64,000 nt of DNA from Psammoneis japonica (GCA_008632985.1 QPGO01000132.1:1-64000); one strand, 5' to 3'. Numbered from the stretch's first letter, positions 10,811-23,165 are shown. The notes: generated by a model not told the origin, from the sequence alone. Numbers and translations: made by a program.

Positions 10811-13786
10811 TTACAAACTATCGGCGGAAGGAACATTAAGGGCATCGAGTTCCTGGTTGCAGTTTAGAAAATAGGATGGATCCGGAAAGCCATGGGTCCC
10901 ACTATCAGGGCTCGTCTTGTGGTGGATCGAAGACCACGTGATTCGGTTGGATAGGCCAGTCGTCATGGAGGTGCCAATGGTAAACGTTAGACCATGCCAG
11001 AATGCAAATTTTAAACGCTTCAGAAGCTTCCGGCCCTCATCATTGTCAGGGAGGTATGCTACGCGAAATTCCGATCTGTAAGAGACGCCTGGGTTGGAAT
11101 GGTAGCTCTTTTGTACGCCACCCTCGAAATCATATGTGATTACTATGCTGCCGGGAGCGAAACCTGCGCACGTCGTGTATTTGCATTGCGATACTTCCAT
11201 CGTCCCCGAGGGCATCTTGCCTTGCGGCTTACCGACCGGCTTGCGACAAACTGGACAGGTCTTGGCATGCTGGAGCGCGTGCTTGACACAATTGTAGTGA
11301 AAGACGTGTCCACAATCCTTGATGCTCACGACCCTCTCAAAACAGCGCAACGATGAAAGACAAATCGCACAATTGTCATCAGAATCATGACGTTTAATGT
11401 CTTCAAAGCTGTCCTTGTAATGAGAGTCTTGAAGTTTGGATGGGGCATCATATCGAATACTTTCATCGATTGAAGCACCTGAGTTACGGTGCGTGCTGCT
11501 GGTGCTTATTCCATGATGGGCTTGACTCTGGTTTGAAGGAATGGTGGCCGCCCCAAAAGGAACAATAGACAAAGGGTAGCCGCCAAAAGACACCCTGTAA
11601 CCAGCCGCGGAAGACGTAGACGGAGCGCTTGCACCCAACGCAAACGGGCCTGATCCAGCATAGGATCCAGATGTGTTAGTCACCGAAGATGTAGAGGCAG
11701 TCACACCAAACAAACTCCCAACGGCTCCTGAAGGCGGCACGGGTGCATTAGATGCTGAAAATGTAGAGGGAGCGCTCGCACCAAATGAGAAACTGCTTGC
11801 TCCTGAACTTGCTCCAAATGCATTAGACATAGAGGGAGCGATCCCACCAGAGGAAGACCCGACGGCTCCTGAAGTCGGTACAGATGCAGTAGAGGCAGCG
11901 CTTGCACCAAATGAGAAACCATAGGCTCCTGAGGTCGGCGCAGATACATTCGGCGTAGACCCGAAGGCTCGTGAAGCCGGCGCAGATGGATTAGATGCAG
12001 AGGGAGCGCTTGCGCCAAACGAGGAACCACTTGCTCCTGAGGTCGGCACAGATACATTAGAAGCTGATGATGTAGAGGGAGCGCTTGCACCGAACGAGAA
12101 ACCACTTGCTCCTGAACTCGGTCCAGACACATTAGACGCTGAAGATGTACCGGTAGCTGGCGCGCTTGTGCCAAACAAAGGCAAGGCTCCTGAATTGAAT
12201 GCAGTAGACGTGGATGGAGTACTTGCACCAAACGAAAAGGAGGCTGCTCCTTTAGAGGATCCAGTTGCGTTGGATGCTGAAGACGTAGATGAAGCACTTG
12301 CACCAAACGAAAAAGAAGCGCCTCCACCAAACGAAAAGGCTCCTGCTCCTGCATGGGATCCAGGTGTGTTGGACGTAGAATGGGCAGATTGAGCGATGCC
12401 ACTCAAAGAGAACACGCGTTTTCCAGTATTCATTCCAGACAAATGGGACAAAGAAGAGGGAGGAGCTCTGCGAACCGTAGCTCCTGAATTTGATACAAAT
12501 GCATTGGATGTAGATGAGAGAGAGGGAGCGCTCGCTACGGCTCCTGACCTGGAGGCAGACGAAGCGCCGCCTAGAGTCGTCGGCCAACCATACGGCGCTG
12601 CTGATCCGGAAGTGTCCCCAATCTTGGTCTTCACTCCATTGTTGAAGAACTTGTCCACAATCTTTTGGAGCTCCGTTTGGTAAATGGCCACGTTTCTGAC
12701 AGAAATGTCTAAGTTTCCTGATTCCACCAATATGCTTGGGTATTCAATCAGAGCGAGGCATTGGGAAGGCATACCCAAAACCACCATTGGACGAGCCGAT
12801 GGAGGTACTACCGTGTCGCACCAATCCTTCGTACTATTCTCGACTCCTTTGAGCCGGGCCACGATAAGCCCCACGTCGCCGTAGCGTTTGTAATCAAAAG
12901 GGTTGTTTCCCGTGTATACCCCGTCACCGTACACCGATCCATTGTGGTGGCTCTGAATACCACTTGCTTCACGCTTCGCCTTGGTGAGTAGCCCATCTGT
13001 CTTGATCCGAGCCATATTCTTTTTCAATGTGTAATGATAGCCGATATCGACATGCGTAGGCTTGCCGGCAATTTGAAACGCGTTTTGCGTTCGAAACAAA
13101 GCCTCGGCTTGAAACACCATGTCGTCAACCGCCACCGCTTTAAAGCTATCAAACCCGGACCCCTGCTGGCTCTTGAATCGTTCATCAAGCACCATTACGG
13201 CCTTGACGAAAAGCCACGCTTTCCCCGAATCGGTGCTTGCCATTTTCTGTTCCTCCGCGTCCTTTGAGTTTCGATGCAACTCGGCCTGCAAGTCCTTCGC
13301 GACCTGTTCATCACGTTGCTCTTGAAGTTGCATGCTCTTGCTCTTGAGAGGTGACTTGGCCGCCATCTTTTGTTGGAGCGCAAAAGCACGGTCGTTGTTG
13401 TGCTGGCAATTGTTTGGAACCCGGGCGTTTGGTCGAACCGTTGCTTTATCGGTGAAAACCTGGTTTTGAAGTTGAGCCGTTGTTGCGACCTTGCCAAAAG
13501 CTGGGCTTTGAAATTGTCTTTTGCCATGGGCGCTGTCGGACTTGACGTTTCGAGAAGTGCTGCCAAAATGTTGAATGAATCTTCCAGTCGCCGCATCATT
13601 TCCTTTCACCTTGACAAAATCTTTACGAATTTGAAACGACGGCGTGCATGATTTCTTCTTGTGCATGGTGCGGGTCTTGGCAGCCACCGCTGGCTTGCAA
13701 CCCCTTTCGTTGCCACGATGACTTTCCATTAGAGACCTGTCAATACGGGCCTTCTTGGCGGACGGTTGCTTCTTGGCCACCACCAT
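10811..13786 (-). CDS. Deltex-family RING-DTC E3 ubiquitin ligase with an N-terminal ADP-ribosyltransferase-like domain and FG-like repeats
   Basis: RING-H2 (CAIC...CGHVFHYNCV...CPVC) followed by the Deltex C-terminal domain (GKMPSGTM, RVAYLPDNDEG, FTIGTSMTTG, WSSIHHKT, HGFPDPSYF). Upstream HYT...YGDGVY motif. Repeated FSFGASA. Probable ATG at 13786. Confidence 0.85.
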   Translation of the reverse strand: MVVAKKQPSAKKARIDRSLMESHRGNERGCKPAVAAKTRTMHKKKSCTPSFQIRKDFVKVKGNDAATGRFIQHFGSTSRNVKSDSAHGKRQFQSPAFGKVATTAQLQNQVFTDKATVRPNARVPNNCQHNNDRAFALQQKMAAKSPLKSKSMQLQEQRDEQVAKDLQAELHRNSKDAEEQKMASTDSGKAWLFVKAVMVLDERFKSQQGSGFDSFKAVAVDDMVFQAEALFRTQNAFQIAGKPTHVDIGYHYTLKKNMARIKTDGLLTKAKREASGIQSHHNGSVYGDGVYTGNNPFDYKRYGDVGLIVARLKGVENSTKDWCDTVVPPSARPMVVLGMPSQCLALIEYPSILVESGNLDISVRNVAIYQTELQKIVDKFFNNGVKTKIGDTSGSAAPYGWPTTLGGASSASRSGAVASAPSLSSTSNAFVSNSGATVRRAPPSSLSHLSGMNTGKRVFSLSGIAQSAHSTSNTPGSHAGAGAFSFGGGASFSFGASASSTSSASNATGSSKGAASFSFGASTPSTSTAFNSGALPLFGTSAPATGTSSASNVSGPSSGASGFSFGASAPSTSSASNVSVPTSGASGSSFGASAPSASNPSAPASRAFGSTPNVSAPTSGAYGFSFGASAASTASVPTSGAVGSSSGGIAPSMSNAFGASSGASSFSFGASAPSTFSASNAPVPPSGAVGSLFGVTASTSSVTNTSGSYAGSGPFALGASAPSTSSAAGYRVSFGGYPLSIVPFGAATIPSNQSQAHHGISTSSTHRNSGASIDESIRYDAPSKLQDSHYKDSFEDIKRHDSDDNCAICLSSLRCFERVVSIKDCGHVFHYNCVKHALQHAKTCPVCRKPVGKPQGKMPSGTMEVSQCKYTTCAGFAPGSIVITYDFEGGVQKSYHSNPGVSYRSEFRVAYLPDNDEGRKLLKRLKFAFWHGLTFTIGTSMTTGLSNRITWSSIHHKTSPDSGTHGFPDPSYFLNCNQELDALNVPSADSL
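11580..12345 (-). repeat. Degenerate coding tandem repeat encoding (S/T)SGAxxFSFGASAPSTSSA
   Basis: About a dozen imperfect units visible in DNA (gcttgcaccaaa...gctcctga) and protein. Confidence 0.85.
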
Positions 13787-14153
13787 GATGATAGTTCTTT
13801 GTCTGACACTTGACACTCTTTTCTGCTCAAGTTTGGATAAAACTGGAAACCGTTGGCGATTTTCAGTCGTTGAAAGCGCGCTTGCTACATCGGACTCCAC
13901 CGACAAAAAATTCGCGCATTCGCGCGCCGCTTCGGTCCATCCATGATGACGTCATTGAAAACTCAAAACGAGCGAGCGAGTTGGCGGGAAAAAATGACGT
14001 GGTTCCGGCACCTCACGAAAAAGGTGGACGAAGCCTGATGATGCAAACGGTTGGCTGATCAGACATGCACTCAACAAAACACATCATTGCATCAAAAACA
14101 CTCAATTTGTGCATTTTCAAACGCGAGAACTATAGATTCACTAGTACAAACCA

Positions 14154-15675
14154 TGCCACCTCAAACCTCCGACATCAAGGACGACGTCGGGACTACGTCT
14201 ACCGTACAGCTTTCCGTCTACCAATATGAACCCGGCAAGAGATTACGAGAAGGACGAAACGAACCGCAACAAGAAGTCAAAGACACAATAGAAGAGTCTG
14301 AACAAGAAGAAGAACAAGTCGGGCCTTGGTACAAGCGAGCCTGGAATTGGTGGTGCAATTTCTATGCAGCAAATTCGTTCCTTGTCGGTGTCGTAATTGC
14401 CATTCTGTTGGCCTTGGCGTACCCACCGCTCGGAGCCGACTATTTGCAACCTCAAATTACTGCGACATGGATTGCCGTCATTTTTATATTTTGTAAGTGT
14501 AAACGAGTCAACGCAACGAAACGTTCCAAATGACTTGCCAACTGACTCATCCTTGTTTTTAATTTTTAACAGTAATGGCGGGTCTTGGTCTCAAAACAGA
14601 AGAACTCAGCAAGGCCTTTTTGAGAATTTACTTTAATGGCTTTGTTCAAATTTTTAATTTCGGCGTCGTATCAGCCATTGTCTTTGGGTTTTCCCGTTTA
14701 ATGAAAACGGCAGGAGCCTTGAATAGTAGTTTGGCCGACGGCATGGTGATTTGTTCGTGTCTACCACTCACCATCAACATGGTCATGGTTCTAACAAAAT
14801 CGGCCGGTGGAGACGAAGCTGCCGCCATTTTCAATGCCGCCTTTGGAAACTTGATTGGTGTCTTTTTGAGTCCAGTGCTCATTTTGGCGTATATCGGAGT
14901 CACGGGAGACATTGATATTGGGACTGTCTTTTACAACTAGCACTCCGAGTGCTGACGCCGCTGCTGGTTGGACAGATTCTCCAAAAGAAATCAAAGACGG
15001 TTGTCGATTTTGTCAAAAAGTACAAGCCTCGTTTCAAAAAGGCCCAGGAATTGACACTGATCTTTATCGTGTACACAGTGTTTTGTCGAACCTTTGACAA
15101 TGGCACCGATTCGACGTTTGGCGACGTGGTCATTATGATTTGCTTTCAGGGATTCTTGCTTTGTCTCGTCATGGTCTTGGCGTGGTTTGCCTTGCGTTTT
15201 CTCTTTCCCAACGACCCCAAGTTGCGTGTCATGGGATTGTTTGGATGCACCCACAAGACGTTGCCATGGGCGTGCCACTTATTAATGCCATTTACGAGAG
15301 CGATTCCAATGTAGGGCTCTACACGTTGCCTCTTTGATTTGGCATCCCATGCAACTCATTATTGGATCGGCACTTGTGCCAAGATTGGCAGCGTTTGTGG
15401 AAAGGGAAGAAGAACGATTAGGAATTGACAAAAAAGAAGAGGAAGGCGTTGACGAGGCTTCTGGGGATGAAGAGTCGTCACCAGGAACGAGGGACGATGG
15501 CGATGAAGAAGCATTAGATCCCGTCGACGAGGAGGAGGGATCAATAGCCGAAATCGACGATGAATCTCCCAAAGAAGTTACGGCTGATGAGGAGAACTCA
15601 TCACCAGACGACAATGACGAGGAAGCTCCAAAGAAAGTTGAAGCCGACGAGGAGGCTCCAGACGAATCAAGATAA
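14154..15675 (+). CDS. Sodium/bile acid cotransporter 7-like (SLC10A7 / SBF-like) with acidic C-terminal tail
   Basis: Motifs [45 protein letters not shown](V)[15 protein letters not shown]. Intron ~14493-14573. Three 1-bp deletions (~14936, ~15260, ~15334) interpreted as assembly errors. Confidence 0.85.
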
Positions 15676-15775
15676 TATCGCTAAGATTACTTCATCAGGT
15701 TTCTAGAATACAGGTATCAGGTGGGAAAAGAGCATGGTACATTTAATTTAAGATTCTCATTTTATTTCCCGAATC

Positions 15776-17278
15776 TCATAGCTTTTCATTGGATGATCTT
15801 GACGACTTTTTCCGAATCCAGTTTGCCACTCGCTTTGCACCTCTCACAATTTTTCCAAGATCTACCCCACCTTGCTGCAGCGTGGGCAATGTCGCTGCAG
15901 TCGTATCCGACAATGTCGTGGCAGCAGGCTTGTCGGATAGCAACAATTGTTGTGACGTTTCTTGTTCTTGTGCCACAACGGGTGGTGGACGTCCATCGTC
16001 GGGTAAAAAGGTAGAGGACGGCGACTTGCCATTGGCGGCATAGACTCGATTTCCCGACATGCGTGCTTTGAGCTCTTCTTCCAATCCACTCACCATGACA
16101 CTCAGTACACCATCGACATTGTAGGCTCCACCCGCGGGACGCCACAATTCACCGACAACCTGTGTAGTGAATATTTTCCAAGTGTGAAGAATGTGAGAGG
16201 GGACCATACAACTGTGTTAACACACAAGAATCATCATCATTTTCTTTTTCTTTTTCACACTACTTACACGCAACGTCATGACAATGCCAAACGTCATGAC
16301 ACCAAACAAGCATCCCTCCACGGTCAAAATATTGTACCACCAATCGTTTGTGTCCCGGCACCCAACAATGGAAAGCTCACCAATTCAATCGCCGCCAGAA
16401 TCCACAGCAACAACATGTGAATCGATGGTAATTTGCGTTGCAACGCTCCAAGTCGTTTGGAACGTTCTTGTCGTAAACTCCGTACCGTCTCATAGACCGA
16501 CGATGGTACCCCCACGCTCGTCATGTACATGATGGCCTCGAGTGGATCATCCACGGGCCGCGCCGAAAGTAAAATGGCGGATCGTCTTGCAATCTCTTGA
16601 GATCTTCTTGAACGTATTTGGAAATGGACTTGAGAATGGAATGATACATGGACCGTCCCTGACAGACGAGTGCGACTTGTTCCAATAACGATTTGGCTTC
16701 GGTAACTTCACTAAAGAGTGCGTAAAAGACGGCTTCTTGTTGCTGATACATGAAATAGTACGTTTGTCCGGCGAGAATACTAAACAAGAGTCCCGAGACT
16801 GTCAAGAAATTTTGTACAAATTGAGACGAATCTTGTGACAACACCGCAAAGACACCGGCATCATTCATAATGGACGCGAGCGTTAATGCAAAAAAGGGAA
16901 AAAGCAACGTGGCCACAACGCCGGCAAAGACGGACGGAATGCCCACACGAAGCAACGTGATGAGTTGCACCTTGAGCTTGTCCCGTTCTGATGTGATCTC
17001 CTTGTAGGGAGCCGATGCCTTGACGGCGGCTGTTTGAGACAAGACGGATGCCATGCGTTCCCAAATGGATACCTTGTTCTCGTCGCCACCAAAGTACGTG
17101 GAAGATAAGATTGTTTTTTGAGTATTACCGCACTGTGAATGATGAGAAACACATGATCGAGATTGGAATGGTGACACGACACCACTTTTGGTGATACAAA
17201 CGCCATGGCGACTCCATTCTGTTCTAGGCAAAGCAAAGGCGCTGCCAGAGGAAGCAATAAGGCTTTCTTAGATCTCAT
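15776..17278 (-). CDS. Predicted plastid-targeted multi-pass membrane protein (DUF4239/bestrophin-like, tentative)
   Basis: Signal peptide ending VAMA-F(VSP), resembling the diatom ASAF motif. TM segments GLLFSILAGQTYYF and RKLPSIHMLLLWIL. Intron ~16160-16266. Several 1-bp frameshifts. Confidence 0.55.
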
Positions 17279-18824
17279 GGTTGACTTGAAAATGAAGGTC
17301 TCTCGGTCAACATCTCATTTATTTTTTCATGGTCGTTCGTCGTTCGCTCCGATGCATCAACGGCCTGTATCTTCCAACGTCACATGCGAAGGGCCACGTA
17401 GAATCAACGAGATTTCGTGACGTCACTTCTTCTAAACATAAGCCTCCAGTCATGATGTTTGATTTCAATCCGCTCACAAAATCTTTTTGACAACGCACAC
17501 CACTTGACACCTTTCTCATTCTTTCGAAAAGAGAGAAAGCGCACCATGTTGATTACCAAGTTACCCCGTCTTTCCATTCTTGCAGACCACCCAAATGCCT
17601 GTAGTGCACTAGCGTTTGGATCCATTGTGATTGCTCGAAATCTCTTTGGCACCAAGGTAAGAATTGGGAAATTGCTGACATGCTGGGTGTTGCGTTTACA
17701 TGCATGTTGAACTTGTTGCACGCTTCTCTCACACTTTCAAACACGATAGGTCGATCCGACCATGATTCACAAGTACAAGCACAATTTTGATGAACAAGAA
17801 TGGGGAAGTCATGATGAACGGCATGAAAAAATGACACCACCTCGCAGAAGCACTCCTCCCAAACATTCCATTCTCAAAAAGAAAAAACCTACCGAACCAT
17901 ACTACAACAAATTCATGCACAAAAACAAGTAGAATAGTACATGATTCTTTGTATGCATGATGTTGAATATTATATGGATTGTGTTGCGCAAGAGCAGAGT
18001 GACGATTTTACGGCGAATGCATACATGCTACATGACCTACTCCCTCTTTCCAAACAAGGCGAGATTACTACAAGAAAAGAAGGCGCTACTTACTAAATAA
18101 TTTCTGTGCTTGATTCATACCTACACAGCGCAAGAACAACTGTCTATTTTCCGATAAGAGCCACATGCGGACCATCCATGAAGGTTTCTGAACGAGAGTG
18201 CCCCATGATCAAAACGATTTTGGCTTGAACATGACATGGTCCTTGCGTGCTGCTCTTTTTTTCCAGTTTGCTTTAGAATTATCCAACGCGACTTACCAGT
18301 TGTATTTATCCTTTATAAAAAAGCACTTTTGTTTAGCCACTTGTTTGAATGCGCACACGGTGAAAATGACTCGATTGTCAATTTACTCATTCATTGTTGC
18401 TTTCTTTGGGTTTTGGAATTCCCTGTCAATGCGTGTTTGTCAATGGTCCATGTTGTTTCATTTTAAATTTGAACGGGTAGCTCTCGAGACAATTCACTGG
18501 GTCAAGTCACGTCTCTTTGGGCGTGACATTACCGCCATCGATTACATAATATCTGCTGACCGTTTCAATAAGGGAACTAGAAGAAACGCCGCGCACATTG
18601 ATCAACACGCCGTACATACTATGTTACAAGACCAGTGTACGCCAAGCAGAACAACAATAGACACAGGGGCGGATGATTCCCCATACACTATAACAGCATT
18701 TTTCATCAATGTACACATTTGAAAAGAGAATGCAGTAGCCAGCTGACGTAGCTCCATTCATGATGATTAGTTCGTTATTTACAACAACACATTAGACTAC
18801 AGGTTCATGATGAGAAACGAGGAC

Positions 18825-20827
18825 CTAGACATCAGGAGTCTTCTCCTCAGGGTCTTTCTGCGGAGCAATTCCCCTGCAAGTACATGACAGTAGAGACAAT
18901 GGCACGGCGGTGAGACACAAATCCAACGGAAAAATCACCCGTCTCTCGACATTTTGCAAATGCTTAAAATAGTTCCACTTACATTTTGACCAACATTTTG
19001 GTAAATTCCTCTTGTCCAATCACTCCGTCACCATCCTTATCGTACTTTTTAAACATTTCATTGACAGCATCTTGGTCAATGTTGTAGTTACGACGGTATT
19101 GACGATCGGGTTCATTCAACTCGGGTGGCGGACCTTCGTCTTCTTCTTGTGCCGCCAAGTACCGTTGCAAACGCCAGGCAACCTTGCGAATAAAGTCCTC
19201 CGTGGTGTATCCCTCGGGTCCAGACATGTCTCGTGTTCCCTGTCCGTACCGAAAGGTGTTGTGCATGGCAAGACGGAGTGTGTCTGTATAATTCATGACC
19301 TTGTCGTATACCAACTTCTTTTCTTCGTCCGATGGATCTGCTTCATGCTCGAGAGTGGCAGCATGCTGCATGGCACCAATCATGGCTTCGACCAACCCAA
19401 GGGATTCAAGGACGTTTCCTTGCCCGCCAAATGATCGTTCCACAAGTCCGACACAGTCCCGTGAGAGGCTTCAAACTCCTTGATTAAACGCCCATCATCC
19501 GCCTTTCCGACAAGATTGGACGTGATGAAACCGGGCGAACGGTGGACCTGCGCAATCTGATCGGTAAGCATGTCTCCATCGTAATTGTGAGCCGCCATTC
19601 CAAATCCACCGTCGGTCCAACGGATCAATTGCATCGTGGCGGCATCGGAAATCAAATGCTGCAAATCACCTCCACACTTGTCCAACAAACCCGCCTTGGA
19701 AAAATCGTCCTTGTAATTTTCATCAAACACTTGTTTCATGGTGGCCCAGAATCCCTCTTGCCACTTGAAGACGGTCTTTTTCGTGACTATATAAGGCGTA
19801 ATGTCCGCCTCCAGACAGCGCTTGAAAAACAAATGCGCAAGTGCCTCGACATTGTCGTAGGGATTGTGGTAGACCACACACACATTGTGATCATCCGTCA
19901 AGTCACGCTTGTCCACAACAAAGGGAGCGGCTCCGTCTTCGGGAATATACGTGGTGAGCAACGTACCCTTGCCCACCTCGTTCCAACCGGCACCGTACTC
20001 TCCGCCTACGGCGTGGCGTTCGAAAAAGACGGGATTCTTGTATCCCAATTCAATGCCATCAATGTGAATCGTATCACGGCTAATGGTAATACCGTTCCAT
20101 CCACGACGCATGGCACCATTGGGGGAACCAAACGACTTGGAGAGTCCCATTTCTTCAACCTGAATTAAAAAAAGAAAAAGAATAAGAAAGAAAAGAATAC
20201 ATACAAAGTGAGAAACGGAAAAAAAGCCACAAAAGAAAGAGAATCAGCCACATCATCATCCTTCTCAATCCAATCATAAAATTTACACATCCTTTTCACC
20301 GGCTGCTGCCTATCATAAGCTTTTAACAACGTCTGAAATGAAATCGATACAAAGTATTCATATAATATATGACTCACTTGAACAGCCGTCGGCGTAATTG
20401 TGGGTTCCTTGAAAATGGCTCCAATCCTGGCACCCGCCTCGACGGCACTGTGCAAGACGTCATCGTTGGTTTCGTCACGGGCCTTGCACGACAAATCAAA
20501 GGTTTCCCATTTCGATGTATCAAAGTAGGGTTTGATCCAGTGCTCCACAATCAATTGACAAGCATAATGTGTCATTTCTTCACCCGAAATGTAAACCATG
20601 GGAGGTGCCACGACATTTTCACCGAGACTGAGTGTCGCGTGAAATCGCAAAGACGACGACAAACATGGCTTGAAGGTCGTGTTGTGCGGCGTTGTTTTCA
20701 ACAAAGAAGAGGTGCTTCCTCCAAGAGCAGCATAATGATTGTTGCTGCTCAACGATGATGAAACTGCTGATAAGGAGCGACGCGATGTGGTGCTCGCAAA
20801 GGAACGAGCCACGAGTCGAAGAGCCAT
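18825..20827 (-). CDS. IDH: Isocitrate dehydrogenase (homodimeric type), mitochondrial presequence, C-terminal EF-hand
   Basis: Motifs VYISGEEMT, KEPTITP, SPNGAMRRGWNG, HNYDGDMLTD, EASHGTV, TSLNPLG. EF-hand DKDGDGVIGQEEF. Introns 20160-20377 and 18874-18982. One 1-bp frameshift near 19395. Confidence 0.92.
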
Positions 20828-21239
20828 GGTGGATCTCCCACAAACAAAAGACAAGAAGAAGTGAGAATATCCAAAGCAGAAAAAAAATGAAAATGCCGAT
20901 GAAAGGATTTTGCTTCCGACGTCGATGCGCGCATTTTTGTGTGTTGTTGGTGGCGCGGCTGCAATTGCAGCGAGAAAGACTTAGAATTAAAGATTCCTTG
21001 AAATCGCAAGCGATCATAACAAACTTGTGTGAAGAAAGGAATCAAGAATCACTTGCCTCATCTCAGTTGCCTGTTTGTGCGAGAAAGTAAGACTCAAACT
21101 TCCGCCACCTTTTTCGGTACAAAGTTCCGTACATTTCTACATGAGAGAAGAACAAGCTATGCGGTTTAGGCTTTTGCTCTTCAATGCACGAAAGAGTGAC
21201 CTACCGACCTAACCTCGCGGACGGCGGACCGACACATGA

Positions 21240-22780
21240 TCTTTGATTGGCAGCCAGCATGCTTGTGTTCACACAATGGTGAAAATGTTGGTTAGAATTC
21301 GAGTGAACCAGGCTCCCCCTCCATCAATTGTTTGTTCTCTGCTCTCATCACACTTTTTTGTTTCACACAGATGTGGACATGAGTTTGTGCAAAGCAACAA
21401 CAGCGCGTGCTTCTCCGGAAAAGACGCTGTGCCAGAGCTGCGCAGCTGGCAGCAAGTGGCTTTGCTCGCACACCTTGCTCACATCTTGTGTGAGAGTTAA
21501 AAGAGCCTCTCTTCTTGGCTTTGTGCCAAGTGGTGATTGGAAGAGTGGTTGGCAGCTCTGTCACAGAAGCCAGGCTGCTCTGGCTGCACAGAAGGGTGGG
21601 CATTTCTTGGGAAAATCGTGTGAGCTCGTTTGGGCCCCAGAGCTTTCTGCCAAAAAAAAAAGAGGAGGGGAAAAAGAGCAGCTGCAGCTCTTCATTTGAT
21701 CAACAAGAGCTCATCACACTGAGCACAAGAAGCCCTTGTTCAACCCTTCAGCTGCCGGACTTGAGCAAATCTCTGCAGGTGGAGATTTGCTCGCTTTGCA
21801 AGCAAATCAAATGAAATGTTCTCAGATGTGAACAATGAACAATTTGTGCATGATTTTGTTTTGGAACACATGCACTCATTAAAAATCTGGGGGGAGGGGC
21901 ATTTTTCTTGCGATTTAGAAAGTTCAATGTCGACTTTCGACACCTTTTTTTTTGCACACTTGATCTGTGTGTGGAGAGGCAGGAACCAAATCTCACCTGT
22001 TGACAATGAAATTTGTGATGAGCCACTGTCACAACAGAGCAGCAAATGCCACACCCTTGGAGCAAATCTCCAAAATCAAGAATGCCATCACTTGTTGCAA
22101 GCAATCACAGCAGCAAATGGGTTGGCACATGATTGAAACTTTGGCGCTGTTGTTTCTTCTGTCTCAGCGGGGAATGGTGCACCTTGCTCAACAAGCTGGA
22201 GATGGACAACATTTGGAGAAAGATCACCAAGGGGCAGGTTGTCAATGCCTTCACTGCATCATGCATGCTTCAATTGTTTCACTTCATCCATGGCAGGGTC
22301 CCAGCCTTGGTGACAGGGGCTGCTTCTTGGTGTCTCGGGATGTGTTGGTGTTTGGTTGAGTGCATGTGGCTCCAATGAATGGTGTGCAAATTCCATTTTT
22401 AACTCATGAGATGTGAGCTCTGGATCTGGTCAATGCTTTCTGGACACTTGTCAAGCAGTCCTTTGTGCTTTGTCAACACAGGAAATGGAAGGGACGATGC
22501 AAATGAGGCCATGCCGGCCAACCTCCTCAATGGCATTAATCTGGGTTGTGTTGACATTTTCAATGCTGGGATGATGGATGCAGGAGAAGATGAGCAGTGT
22601 GTGTTGTGGGTCAGCAAAAACACAAGGACACAGTGCAAAGCCTTGATTGACAATGACTTGATTGAATCCATGAAAGTGCACAGCACCCTCTGTCTGCATG
22701 CGCCACTCAACCGAAGATGAGCCCATTGCCTTTGAAAACATCCCAAATTTGACTGCCAATGCCAATTTGGACCTCTGTGT
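21240..22780. other. TpA-depleted domain, degenerate sequence of unknown origin
   Basis: TA nearly absent, TG/CA excess. TA resumes at ~22780. Confidence 0.75.
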
Positions 22781-22815
22781 AACCACTGGGGAACACAGCG
22801 GCGAAGCAGTCGTAT

Positions 22816-23165
22816 CTTGTCTTGTGGGCATAACGATCCCCTACTGGATCAACTCTTTCAACGTTCAGAACTATCCCGTGAAGGAAAGAATTAGCAGGGG
22901 TGGCTGCTCTAGCAAAGGGGACTCAGCTCGAGAAAGAAGACTTTGTTGTATGCGATTTCTCGGCTGTTGTATCATCTTTTTCTAACGAAAAACCGATCTT
23001 GTGGACAGCGCATTCCCCTAAATATGGATCAACCGTTTCAATCTTCAGAACTTTCCCGTGAGGGAAAGGAGTGTTGGGCTATGTCTGCTCTCATCGGACT
23101 CAGCTCCAGAAAGACGTAGTTGCAGGCAATTTCTCGATCGTTGTGTAATATTTTTCTTAAAAAAA
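22816..23165. repeat. Diverged tandem duplication, ~178-bp unit
   Basis: Shared blocks tcttgtgg, tggatcaac, tttcaa, ttcagaact.tcccgtga.ggaaag, ctgctct, ggactcagctc.agaaaga, atttctcg, tttttct. Confidence 0.75.

Noticed and set aside
18198..18722. 174-aa ORF downstream of IDH
   Set aside because: No ATG-led domain or recognisable motif; it lies in AT-rich intergenic/3' sequence.
14930..19400. Frameshifts in the SLC10A7-like gene, the plastid membrane protein and IDH (possible pseudogenes or programmed frameshifting)
   Set aside because: Each one I could trace is a single missing base in a short homopolymer (e.g. tac aa[a] cta, acg [g]tt gcc, ggt [t]tg gtc) in otherwise well-conserved genes. 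This is typical of long-read consensus errors.
23030..23070. Hammerhead-like CTGAAGA..GAAAC on the minus strand
   Set aside because: There is no stem II between the motifs, and the CUGANGA core is not kept in the other repeat copy.
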